Positions 36,903-48,415 of a stretch of DNA of 50,299 bases are shown piece after piece. The notes below the pieces were generated by a model. That model did no database searches and was not told the DNA's origin. It saw nothing but the letters and a program-made list of their open reading frames with translations. Origin of the DNA: Octopus sinensis (Eukaryota); assembly GCF_006345805.1 (NCBI RefSeq), contig NW_021835207.1, positions 1 to 50,299 on the forward strand. The letters run 5' to 3'. The translations under genes were made by a program, and so were the position numbers. Position 1 is the stretch's first letter. The number at the start of each line of letters is the position of its first letter.

Positions 36903-37294
36903 ATATAATATATTAATATATATATATATATTTATATGCACGCACACACACGTATGAAACAAAAAAGAGGCAGGAAGAGATTTAACTAGATAAAGACTGG
37001 TAAAAACTGATCATACATACTTACACACATGTATGTGTGTGTCTGTGTGCATTTATGTATGTATGTAATTATGTACGAATGTATGTATGTAACGATGTAT
37101 GATTATTTGTTCAAGTGTCCTGACTATATATAGATGATCGTGTACCGTTTACCTGTAATATTTAATGAGCAGCCTTTGAGAGAAATACTATCACCTACAA
37201 ACTGAAACACGGATACGCACACATATACACGCACATATTTGCATACGCGTCGGCATCCACAATCTTACAACATGGTCATATAATCACACACATA

Positions 37295-37338
<44 letters not shown>

Positions 37339-37883
37339 GATGGAAGCGGAAGATGTTGTTTTGTTAGTTATCTTCATCAGTGAGTGGAGTCGTTCATATA
37401 TGACACCTGATCTTTAGTTTCCTGTGCAGCGTTTATGGAAAAACTGGGGTTAGTGCGACCCCACCTCTCTCGCTATCTTTGTAGTATATATATTTGCCTA
37501 CACACGTGCACGCACACAACACACACACACACACACACCACACACACACATACACACACACATTAATACACAAACACAAACACGGCACTGCGCATGTAAT
37601 TCAGGTCGTTTTCATTGCATCTGCCGCCATCTTAGTATACATCAGTGCACGTATGTGTCCGCGTGTATTTCTACATACGTGTATATGTGCGCTTACACAG
37701 GGAATACGGGATTGCAATTATCTATATATATATATATACATATTTGTATATATATATACATATAAACATAGATATGTACATATACATAATTATATGTATG
37801 TGCACATGTATGTATGTATATGTACCTATTTCTATATATATGTACAAATATACAAAGACAAAAACACACACACACACACACAG

Positions 37884-37925
<42 letters not shown>

Positions 37926-38799
37926 ACATAAACAAAAATTATTTTGTACTCACGCACAAGTGCATGTACATATGTTGTATATGTGTATATATACATATAG
38001 ATATATACACACACATATGTACATACATACATATATAGATATACAAACATACATACATATATGTATGTAGATATATAGATAATAATCGTATATATATATA
38101 TGCATATATGTTTTATATATATATATATACACATATATGCATATGTGTATATGTGTGTATGTGTGTATGTGTGTGTATTTGTGTTTGCTTGTGTGCATAC
38201 GTGGGTTGATACGTACGTGTGTATGAGAGTATGTATCTCGACATGAGATTAATTGAGTTAGCGTAATTAAGTGTGGCACTCTAATTACCTCTTGCTAATA
38301 TGATATATATTCAAGTTATAAATTGCATGAGCGGCGAAGATGGCACCAGCGTTTGTCCTTTCAGTCGCCAGATTTCAGCATCTCATATCCAACAATGCTG
38401 AGCCATAGTTCTTTGAGAGATTATGTCGCACCATTGTAATCAGCTCGCATCACCATTACCACCACCATTGCCACCACCATCACCACCACCACCACCACCA
38501 GTGCCGCCGCTGTCATAGACCTCCACCACCACCACCACCCACCACCGACCACCACCACCACCACCACCAACACCACCACCACCACCACCACCAACGCCAC
38601 CGCCGCCGCCTCCGCCTCCGCCTGTGATATCGTCAGTTTTCTTTTCAAATATTCACCACATTCAACGACACCTTATTTTGATACTTTACACACGTACTAT
38701 ATATAATATATAATATATTATATATACACATACATAATACATATATATATATATACATATATATATACATACATATATATACATATATCTATATATGCA

Positions 38800-38830
<31 letters not shown>

Positions 38831-39099
38831 TATATATATATATATATCTATATATATATTATATATATATTGTCTGTGTGTGTATGTGTGTATACATATA
38901 TACATGCATACGCACACACCAACGCGCGCACACACACACCACACACTCACAAAACCCACCGTACACGTATGAATATGCGTAAGCATATCTGCGTATATAT
39001 ATGCACACATATCCGTGTATACATGTGTATATATGCGTTTTTTTTGTGCGGATGTGTGTTCAAATGATTTCGAAATTTCTTGTTTCTGTGTCGAGGAGT

Positions 39100-39120
39100 A
39101 ATAGTGGCAGCAGCAGCAGT

Positions 39121-39166
<46 letters not shown>

Positions 39167-39263
39167 GTAGTAGTAGTAGTAGTAGTAGCAGCAGCAGCAG
39201 AAGCAGCAGAAGCAGTAGTAGTAGTATTAGTAGTAGTACCAGTAGCAGCAGTATTAGTAGTAT

Positions 39264-39311
<48 letters not shown>

Positions 39312-39365
39312 CAGCAGCAGAAGCAGCAGCGGCAGTAGTAGTAGCAGTAGTAGTAGTAGTAGTAT
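39100..39365. repeat. (AGT/AGC)n microsatellite
   Basis: Direct reading. Confidence 0.95.
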
Positions 39366-40257
39366 TTTCTGTTTCTCATTGGAGAAATAACTGTTGTTGC
39401 TATTGATGGTGTTTTTGTTGTTGTTGTCGTCGTCGTCGCTGTTGTAGTGTGGCACATCCTGATTTAGGGCAAATCACACACGTGACTCCTCTATTCAAGG
39501 GTAAAAAAAACTTTTTCCGTGCTAGGTGAGAGCACATGTGAACACTGCTCTGCTCACACATCGACAGATGGGGCTTAGCTGTAATCAAGCGTCAAGCAAT
39601 GCAATATCTCCGTTGCCGTCCGTGGCGGCGGTGGTGTTAGCGGTACTCTTTACACCACCACCACCACTACTACTACTACTACTACCTACTACTACTACTG
39701 GTATAAATCTATCACCAAAGGCAGATCATTCTGGTTGGGTTTTTTTCGGTTTTTGAGAGGTTTTTTTATTTACCACGATCATTATCATTATCACTCCCTC
39801 GGCCCCTCTTCGGTACCCTTTTTGTCCCCAAACTCCTATCTCTATAAATGTCTTATTGTCTCAATATCTCTCTCTATCTCTCTCTCTCCTCCTTCTCTCC
39901 CTTCTTTTGCATCTTTCTTTCTTTTTTCCTCTTTCTTTCTTTCTTTCTTTTTTCTCTTTCTTTCTTTCCCATCTCTTTCTCTTTCTTGTCCATCGGACAT
40001 TTGGTAAGCCACAGAATCATGTAACCGCCCATTCCACTTCACGAATCAATAAAAAAATTACCTTATGGCCGAATAAAAGGATTTGAAAAATAATTAAAAA
40101 GAAAAACCAAAATATGATAAAAGCAAACGTAAAAAGAAAATTAAATACATAAAACAACTCCGACATCGACCGTAAAAGCAACAAAAATAGCAAATATATA
40201 AACATTAGCAAAAAGCACAAAGAATCACGGAGGTGAAATGCGGTATAACATACACAA

Positions 40258-40692
40258 ACATCATCATCATCATCATCATCATCGTCATCATTATCATAGT
40301 CATCATCATTGTCACATCATCATCATTGACATCAGCGTTGTCTTCAACTGCAGCATCTTCATTGGCGTTATCGTCGGCGCCACCACTATCGTCATCATCG
40401 TCATCATCATCGTCATCATCGTCGTCGTCGTCGTCGTCGTCATCATCCTCATCATCGTCATCATCGTCATCATCATCATCGTCATCATCATCGTCATCAT
40501 CATCGTCGTCATCATTATCATCATCGTCGTCGCCGCCGTCATCGTCATCATCATCATCATCGTCATCCACATCGTCGTCGTCGTCGTCTTCAACATCATC
40601 ATCATCGTCATCGTCATCATCGTCAACTTCATAATCTCCATCATCATTGTCGTCGACGTAATCGCCATCGTCATCGTCGTAATCATCATCAC

Positions 40693-40734
<42 letters not shown>

Positions 40735-40748
40735 ATTCATCATCATCA
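40258..40748. repeat. (CAT/CGT)n microsatellite
   Basis: Direct reading; source of the poly-D, poly-S and poly-M ORFs. Confidence 0.95.
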
Positions 40749-41317
40749 GCTTTAACAACGACAAGAACAATAAAAGGAACCAAGCACGTAAGCCTTCAAA
40801 CGACCACCATGCTATCTGCCTGTCAGTCTGTCCGTCTGTCTGTCTGTCTGTAAGTTCCCGAAGTATATTCGTAATGGCTTCACTAAATTCTATTCAAAAT
40901 ATATTATCTTGAGAAGAAAACGCGACAAAACTTGAATAATATTACCACGCTACTCTGTCCCAGAAAATTTATAGGGTTTTTCTATCGAAAACCCACCCCT
41001 AAATCTTAGGGATATACATAATATAAAACAAATGAAATAGAAATAAAATATTTTGTAAATACAAAAAACAACACAAGCACTTAGACTATAAACAAACAAA
41101 TTATAATTTATGGCACACTTTTAGAAGTTTTGTCCAAGAATAAAATTTTCTTTCCTCTTTGCTTTTCTTTCTAATCACTAACACCTCCCATCTCTATAAA
41201 CCCGTCTTTATCATTGTGTTATGTATATATGTGTAATATTATATATATATATATATATATTATATATATTATATATATATAATTATAATTATATATATAT
41301 AATATATGCATATATAT

Positions 41318-41350
<33 letters not shown>

Positions 41351-41375
41351 CTATATATATATATATATATATTAC

Positions 41376-41438
<63 letters not shown>

Positions 41439-41581
41439 TATATTATACTTTATTTTAATCAGCAGAAAATTCAACAAATCTGTTGCCGTACATATATATT
41501 ATATGTATGTATCTATCTATCTCTCTATCTATCTATCTCTCTCTCTCTCTCTCCATATATATAGATATCTATATTATATAT

Positions 41582-42096
41582 ATAGAATGGGTGTATTCTG
41601 TCAATCTACAAGAACGGACAGTAGGGGTACACACCGCTGTATAGCCCTAGGAAGCATCGTACACACCTCCTGATAGCTTTGAACACCTTTTTTCCCTGTG
41701 TCCTTATATAGACATACGAAGGGGAGACAAACACCCCCGGCTGCCGGAACTGCATCTATGGACAACCCGTTTTCAGGATCATTGTCCTTCATCGGCCTAG
41801 AGTAGCAGACACCGGTCAGCTGGTGATATTGGCCTCGACTTCGTAATTGTATATTCAGTGAAGTTTATTCACTGATTATCAAAATAAGAAATATTGAAAT
41901 TCTAAATCTCTCGTAGAGACATGTACGGTGGTGGGGCGATAGAATGGTTGTATACTGTCAATCTAACAAGAACGTGACAGTAGGGGGTACACCACCGCTG
42001 TATAGCCCTAGGAAGCATCGAACGCCTCCTGATAGCTTTGACACATTTTTCCCTGTGTCCTTATATAGACATACGAATGTAAAAACACCGACCGTA

Positions 42097-42097
<1 letters not shown>
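41582..42097 (-). mobile_element. Partial tandem (about 1.4 units, 357-bp period) HHR-bearing element; Penelope-pLTR or non-LTR retrozyme-like
   Basis: 41582-41720 is repeated at 41939-42077; HHR lies between the copies; (TA)n on both flanks; no credible coding capacity. Confidence 0.75.
41755..41801 (-). ncRNA. Type I hammerhead-like motif (U4C variant)
   Basis: Minus strand: TCTAGG-CCGATGA-AGGA(caatga)TCCT-GAAAAC-GGGTT-GT-C-CATAGA; stem I 5/6 paired, perfect stem II. Confidence 0.65.
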
Positions 42098-42127
<30 letters not shown>

Positions 42128-42420
42128 GAGGCATGTCCGTGTGCCTAGTGGTCAGATTGTTGCACTCACGATTGCAAGATTGTGGTTTCAATTCCTAGAC
42201 TGCTTGATGCGTTGTGTTCTTAAGCGAAACACTCATCTCACGTTGCTGTGTGACATCTAACGCATGGTACTTGGTGCATCTGATCAGGTAACATCGATCT
42301 CTTTGACAGAGTGAGCTAATGTGCAGTGCCTACATTTGACCACTATAAACAAATCATTTGTGAAGGCCGGTCGGCAAAAGATGAACTCTCATATGTTGCC
42401 TTCAGTTGGAGAGTCTCATG
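42128..42420 (+). mobile_element. Old tRNA-headed SINE
   Basis: GTGCCTAGTGGTCAGATTGTTGCACTCACGATTG...GGTTTCAATTCC head followed by TTGTGTTCTTAAGCGAAACACT. Confidence 0.7.
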
Positions 42421-42476
42421 TTAAACCTTTAATCCTTAAACATTTTTTCCTCTCTCCGTTCTTTTTCCTCATAGTA

Positions 42477-42512
42477 CTTTCTGCCGAAGATTGTAGGTCC
42501 GAAACGTCAAGG
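42477..42512 (+). ncRNA. Degenerate minimal hammerhead-like motif
   Basis: CTTT-CTGCCGA-AGATTGTAGGTCC-GAAAC-GT-C-AAGG, homologous to 24280-24317 within the repeat 42445-42602. Confidence 0.5.
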
Positions 42513-42734
42513 ACTTTGTATTCTTCCCGAGTGTTAATCTAATACACCTGCTTGTTGTTCTTTCACCTGTCCTCGTCTTTCGTTTTCTGTAAATTTGAAA
42601 TATACATATTGTCACTAGATGTGACTAGGGTGCTAAGAAACACCAACATTGCTAGAAATAAGAGCTAAACCGCCCTAATGTTCTAGTTAACGCACATGAA
42701 TGGAAAGTACGGAAAGTGCCGAACAATCAAACAG

Positions 42735-42785
42735 TCTTAACCGATGAGGAAAAGGAAATTGCCGAAAGTGAGGTCAGTATTAAGA
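42735..42785 (+). ncRNA. Degenerate hammerhead-like motif (U4C variant)
   Basis: TCTTAA-CCGATGA-GGAAA(aggaaa)TTGCC-GAAAG-TGAG-GT-C-agta-TTAAGA. Confidence 0.45.
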
Positions 42786-42843
42786 GTTCTCGATCGGAAA
42801 TTTTCGGACGATTATGGTCCCTGTTAGTGTATATGTCTTCATT

Positions 42844-43230
42844 AGGAGGCGCAATGGCCCAGTGGTTAGGGCTAGCGGACTCGCGGTCGTAGGATCGCGG
42901 TTTCGATTCCCAGACCGGGCGTTGTGAGTGTTTATTGAGCGAAAACACCTAAAAGCTCCACGAGACTCCGGCAGGGGATGGTGGGGATCCCTGCTGTACT
43001 CTTTCACCACAACTTTCTCTCACTCTTAATTTCCTGTTTCTGTGTACCTGTATTTCAAAGGGCCGGCCTTGTCCACTCTCTGTTCACGCTGAATATCCCC
43101 GAGAACTACGTTAAGGGTACACGTGTCTGTGGAGTGCTCAGCCACTTACACGTTAATTTCACGAGCAGGCTGTTCCGTTGATCGGATCAACCGGAACCCT
43201 CGTCGTCGTAACCGACGGAGTGCTTTAAGA
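42844..43230 (+). mobile_element. SINE family C with alternative tail and 13-bp TSD
   Basis: Head very similar to 4488-4685 but the tail differs; TSD ATATGTCTTCATT at 42831-42843 and 43231-43243. Confidence 0.92.
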
Positions 43231-43383
43231 ATATGTCTTCATTTATGTGCGCTAACTACAACATTACATCGATTTAGTTCTTATTTCGAGTAATGTAGGT
43301 GTTTCCTAAAACCCTATTCACATTTAGCGACAATATATTTCTGCTCTTTGGTGAAACATAACAAACTGCTGTTTATATTAATT

Positions 43384-43454
<71 letters not shown>

Positions 43455-43665
43455 ACATACATATGTATGTCTGAAGGTATCTGTGAAGGGAAACATACTG
43501 ACACGCTCACACACAAACACACACGCACATATATTTTTGGCCGTGACAGGGTACAAAATTGGAGAATTTCTTATGGAACATTCAACCAGAACTCAAGATT
43601 ATCTCCAGTCTTCTACTCAAGTCACATAGAAGACTGAAGTTCTGCTGGTTTAGAATGCACATGTA

Positions 43666-44229
43666 CTGGGTTGTCCGGAAAGTTCGTGCCGATTTATAGT
43701 AGCTTACATTTCGACTTATTTTAGAACATGGTTGAGTCCATAAAATAGGATTTGACTACACCTCCATTTAGAGCACAGTTTAGGTTATCTTTTCAGGGAA
43801 GAAGGTTTATGTTCCTATAAACTGTGTTAATTCTGTAACCCTTTAAAATGGAAGATAAGAAAGTCTTTTCGGCACTTGATGCTTTGGAGCCAGACAAAAT
43901 TGCTGCAGCTCGGCTGGGATGTGTTACCACCCACCCCACCCTCCATATTCACCAGATGTTGCTCCTTCGGATTTCCACTTATTCAGTCTTTTGCAGAATT
44001 GCCTTAATGGTAAAAATTTCAATTCCTTGATGACGTAAAAGATACCTTGATGAATTCTTTGCCATGAAACCCCTCTATTCTGGGAAGAGGGTATTTTCAA
44101 GTTAAAGGAAAGAGGAGACGCATTGTGCAACAAAATGGTTCATATTTGGTTGATTAAAAATGTAATGGCAAGTACTTATTGACCTTTTCCTTTCCTTAAA
44201 AAATCGGCACGAACTTTCCGGATAACCCA

Positions 44230-44230
<1 letters not shown>
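43666..44230 (+). mobile_element. Internally deleted mariner element with both TIRs and TA TSD
   Basis: TA-CTGGGTTGTCCGGAAAGTTCGTGCCGATTT ... AAATCGGCACGAACTTTCCGGATAACCCAA-TA; residual transposase MEDKKV fused to QLGWDVL...HPPYSPDVAPSDFHLFSLLQNCLNGKNF...IVQQNGSYLVD* (mariner YSPDLAPSD motif). Confidence 0.95.
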
Positions 44231-44288
<58 letters not shown>

Positions 44289-44439
44289 ACACCACCATAT
44301 ATATATATATATATATAATATATATATAAATATAAACAAAAGAATAAAAGAATAATTGTATGTGTGTCTATTTATACACAGACATCGACACTCAGATATC
44401 AAAGTCTGTGACGATGGCGGACTTTTTTTTTCCCTGTTA

Positions 44440-44570
44440 CCTGCCATTGGTTAATTATTTTTAGTTAGACGCACTTTCTCTGCCGTGGATACTGATTTAC
44501 GACTAGGCACTGCGATTATTCTTGTGATTCCTATTTATAGCTAGGTCACGTGTACCACACATGATACAAA
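44440..44570. promoter_or_regulatory. Candidate enhancer with Pbx/Hox, MEF2, E-box and Runx motifs
   Basis: TGATTTACGAC 44493-44503, CTATTTATAG 44531-44540, CACGTG 44547-44552 and ACCACA 44554-44559 within 70 bp of unique sequence. Confidence 0.4.
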
Positions 44571-44864
44571 GTGTGCAACACAGTGCAGTGAGGCGGAAAA
44601 AGTTAAGTGTCTCAGGTCATCGACACACTTCAGTGTCGCTAAAGGTTTATGAATCTCTGATGAATCTCTGATTTCTGTTTTTTTGGTTGTCAGACCGAAA
44701 AAAAATCTTTCTTCCCCCCTCCCTTTGCCTCCCTCCCTGTCTGTTTGTCTCCCTCCCTGTCTGTTTGCCTCCCTGTCTGTCTGCCTGTCTCTGTCTCGTT
44801 CTCTCTCTCTTTCTCTGTCTCTGTCTGTATGGACTTGGAGATTTGCATCGATTCTTTACGGAAT

Positions 44865-45159
44865 CATCATCATCATCATCATCACATCATCATCGTCATC
44901 ACCATCAACATCATCATCTAAATCCTCATCATAATCATCATAATCCTCATCATCATAATCATCATCATCATCATCATCATCATTATCATCGTCATCACCA
45001 TCAACATCATCATCATAATCCTCATCATCATCATCATCATCATCGTCGTCGTCGCCATCGTCTTCGTCGTCGTCAACGACATCGTCATCGTTGTGGTTTT
45101 CATCATCATGTTATTATCATCACCACTACCATTTCTACTACTACTACTACTACTACTAC

Positions 45160-45210
<51 letters not shown>

Positions 45211-45400
45211 GCTGCTTCAACTGCTGCCACTACACTTATTACATTAAAATTCCTATTATTATTATTATTATTATTGTTGTTGTTGTTGTTGTTGTTAGCA
45301 TTGTTACCTTTAACTTTACAAAACAAACAAATGCCAGATATTTTTATTTTCCTTACCATTATTAATATTACTACTACTACTACTACTACTACTGTTGTTG
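44865..45400. repeat. Compound triplet microsatellite (CAT, CGT, TAC, TGC, ATT, GTT)
   Basis: Direct reading. Confidence 0.95.
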
Positions 45401-46113
45401 TTGTGTATTACTATTTTTGTTTCTGTTGTTGGTGCTGTTGTTGTTTTCGTTGTTGTCATGTTTTTGCAGATATAAAGTAGATTAATTAGCCCAGCATAAA
45501 GATCAAGATTTATTTGTCATCTCTTCCATTCAACCCAAATCTATACATTTTAATATTTATATATACAAATATTTTCCGGTGTCACAACAGAGTTTTTCGA
45601 AAAAGCAAAAAAAAAAAAAAAAAAAAAAAAAAATGAAATTTAAGCAGCAAAAAATAAAAATGAAATTCACGATAAAATATTGGAAAACGAAAAAAATGTG
45701 AAATATAACGCAAAAATAATTTTAAAATTACAAAAATTTAAAATAAAACGTAAAAAAATGGAAAGGGTGTGGGGGTTGCTTACATCAAATGAAACATTTA
45801 AGTGACTTATCGATGTTGGTTGGAGGTTGGTTTTTTTATTTTGTTTTTTCTGTAATTTAGTAGCTTTAACATCGAAACCAGCGACATTATAGAGTTAAAA
45901 TGGTCACTGCAGATTATGATATCAAAAGCAGTGGAGAATTATATATCATAGCAGAGACTGTCACTTGTCACATTTAATGTTAATATAAATGGAATAATAA
46001 ATCATAAAAATGTATATAGCTCGTACGATCTCATAGATATCACACTCACTCTAGTTTCATTCTTTCGGTATTTCTCACACGTTTATCGTTATTTTCCTTT
46101 TGTCTCTCTGTCT

Positions 46114-46152
<39 letters not shown>

Positions 46153-46171
46153 TTCACTCTCTGTTTATGTA

Positions 46172-46202
<31 letters not shown>

Positions 46203-46490
46203 ACTGTGTATATATGTAGATATGTATATGTGTCTATGTATCTATGTATCGATGTGTGTGTATATATATGTTTGTTGCATCTACAGTCGTTTTAGCAATA
46301 TATTTTGTTCTAATAAAAAAGTTTCAAACGATGTGTATGTATTATATATAAATGTTGTGTTTGTATATTTGGTAGTTCTACAAACTATATACACACAACA
46401 CACATACACACATATAAGCATATATATATATATTATATATTATATATATATATATTATAATATATATGTATATAATATTGTGTATATATA

Positions 46491-46541
<51 letters not shown>

Positions 46542-46737
46542 AATACATATATACGTGTACCACATACACACATCTATATATATTCGCATCTATATATATA
46601 TACCCATACACACATGTATATAGGTATGTATAAATATATTATATGCTATATATTTTATAGACAGATTTTTGTATTATAAATTATATATATGCATACATAT
46701 ATTCATACACGCACACTTTCACACGTAGATATATATA

Positions 46738-46771
<34 letters not shown>

Positions 46772-47899
46772 TGTGTATACATAAATACATACATACATAA
46801 TTACATACACATGGCTATTTCACTTTTAAATCTTTTTGATTAACAATAAAATATAAAATAAGAAATGAAAAATGGCGTTATGTTATCAGCACCTTATTTC
46901 TTCCACATAGCCTCGAGACAAAAGTCATTATTTGAGAAAACATAAAGGTCCTTTGTCGGTGACTCGTACACCTTCCAACCGTAGGGGGCCGAAATTATTG
47001 CAAGACTTTCTCCATACGGGTCTTTTATTAATTTGACTCTTACCCGTATTGTACCCCTGTAACACATGCATACATATATGTGAATATATACATACATCAA
47101 AACATGCATACATACGAACACATATACATACATTCATATGTACATATACACTTAAAATGAATATTCGTATATATATATAATTTTTGTGTCCTCACACCCC
47201 CTAATCCGGCAATTCTCGTTAGAGAAGATAGCTACGGTAAGTGTTACATTTCAAAGTCCTTTATTACAGCTGGAGGGATTCATAGTTCGCGTCGTTTCAT
47301 CGGTGTCCCCGACTAATATAGATATTTAACTTACTTTAAATTATTCCTTTCTAATTTTTATGCTATATCTTTTCATGTACTCCAGCTCCCTTCTCTTTGC
47401 TTTGCTCCCTCATTTTTTCTTTCATTCCCTGTTTTTCTCTTTCACATGATCACCTTGTTTTCATGCCTTTCTATATATATTTCTGTCTACCCGAAGTGTC
47501 ATGTTTTGCTCTTTACTTCCAGATGTGCTGAACGTGTGACACAATCTGCGTTTGGTTGCAGGCTATATGCTAATTAGTCGCCTATATTCACATTATTAGA
47601 AACAAACGAGTGTGTCTCTGCGCAATTAAACTTGAGTTGCTACGTAAACAGCCAGACTTTTCACAAATCTTTCACTTTGGTCTTAAGGTAGAGGTCGGAC
47701 GTTTGAGATACAAACTACCTTGTTTAAAAGATGGGATATTCGTGTCAGGAAAACCTTCGAATGTATGTGAAGAATAAAGGGAAAATAAGAACTAAATAAC
47801 CATTATATCAGCAACAACTTGCTCAATGAAATACTCCCCTCCTAATAATATATAACATTTTCCCCTGCCCTTCAAAATAATTAGAACTGAGATATATTT

Positions 47900-48415
47900 A
47901 GCAAAGATTTGTGGAAATAGTAATAGTGGTTATGGTTGCAGAAGCAAAGGCTGAAATGGGAGAAAGTGAGTATGTTAGTAGCAGCACAATATCAAGCATT
48001 GAGGACTAATATGATAAAAGCCATGATAGTCAAAAACATGAAGATTCAAAATGTAGGTAATGTAAGCCAAAAGAGGAAAGGATTACTCATAAAATAGATG
48101 CTGGCACAAAAAGAATATAAGAAAAGTTATGACAACCTAGTCCACTAGGAGTTCAGTGGAAAGCTAGGATTTGAACGTACTGATAAATGTTTTGAACATT
48201 AACCTAGTTAAATGCTAGAAAGTAAGAAGTATGAGATGTTGTGAGACTTATAAGATGAAAGATATCAGATGTGGGAACAAAGTAATAGAAGCTAGAGGGC
48301 CTGATTTAGTTGCGGTAGACAAAGCGAAGAGAAAGTGCCAGATAATTAATTTGACAGTTCCAAATAACGAGAAAGTTAATATGGGAGGTATAGAGAAAAT
48401 AACAAAATACTTAAA
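47900..48415 (+). mobile_element. Degenerate R4/Dong-like LINE, zinc-knuckle and restriction-like endonuclease region
   Basis: Across stops and frameshifts: WLWLQKQRLKWEKVSMLVAAQYQALRTN...SKCR*CK...MLAQKEYKKSYDN..VH*E...DKCFEH*P...NKVIEARGPDLVAVDKAKRKCQIINLTVPNNEKVNMGGIEKITKY, matching the AAQDQAL, CCHC, RHD and RPD..(D/E) motifs of RLE elements. Confidence 0.88.

Noticed and set aside
37345-37385. Minus-strand CTGATGA-AGAT...ATCT
   Set aside because: No GAAA follows the stem.
44650-44705. CTGATGA...GAAA on the plus strand
   Set aside because: It arises from a small TGAATCTCTGA tandem duplication; there is no stem I.
46890-47061. Minus-strand TA-CAGGGGT start resembling a Tc1-type TIR
   Set aside because: No partner TIR or transposase similarity was found.
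47500-47690. Polypyrimidine tract plus AG at 47522 as an exon acceptor
   Set aside because: Stop codons occur in all three frames within 60 nt.
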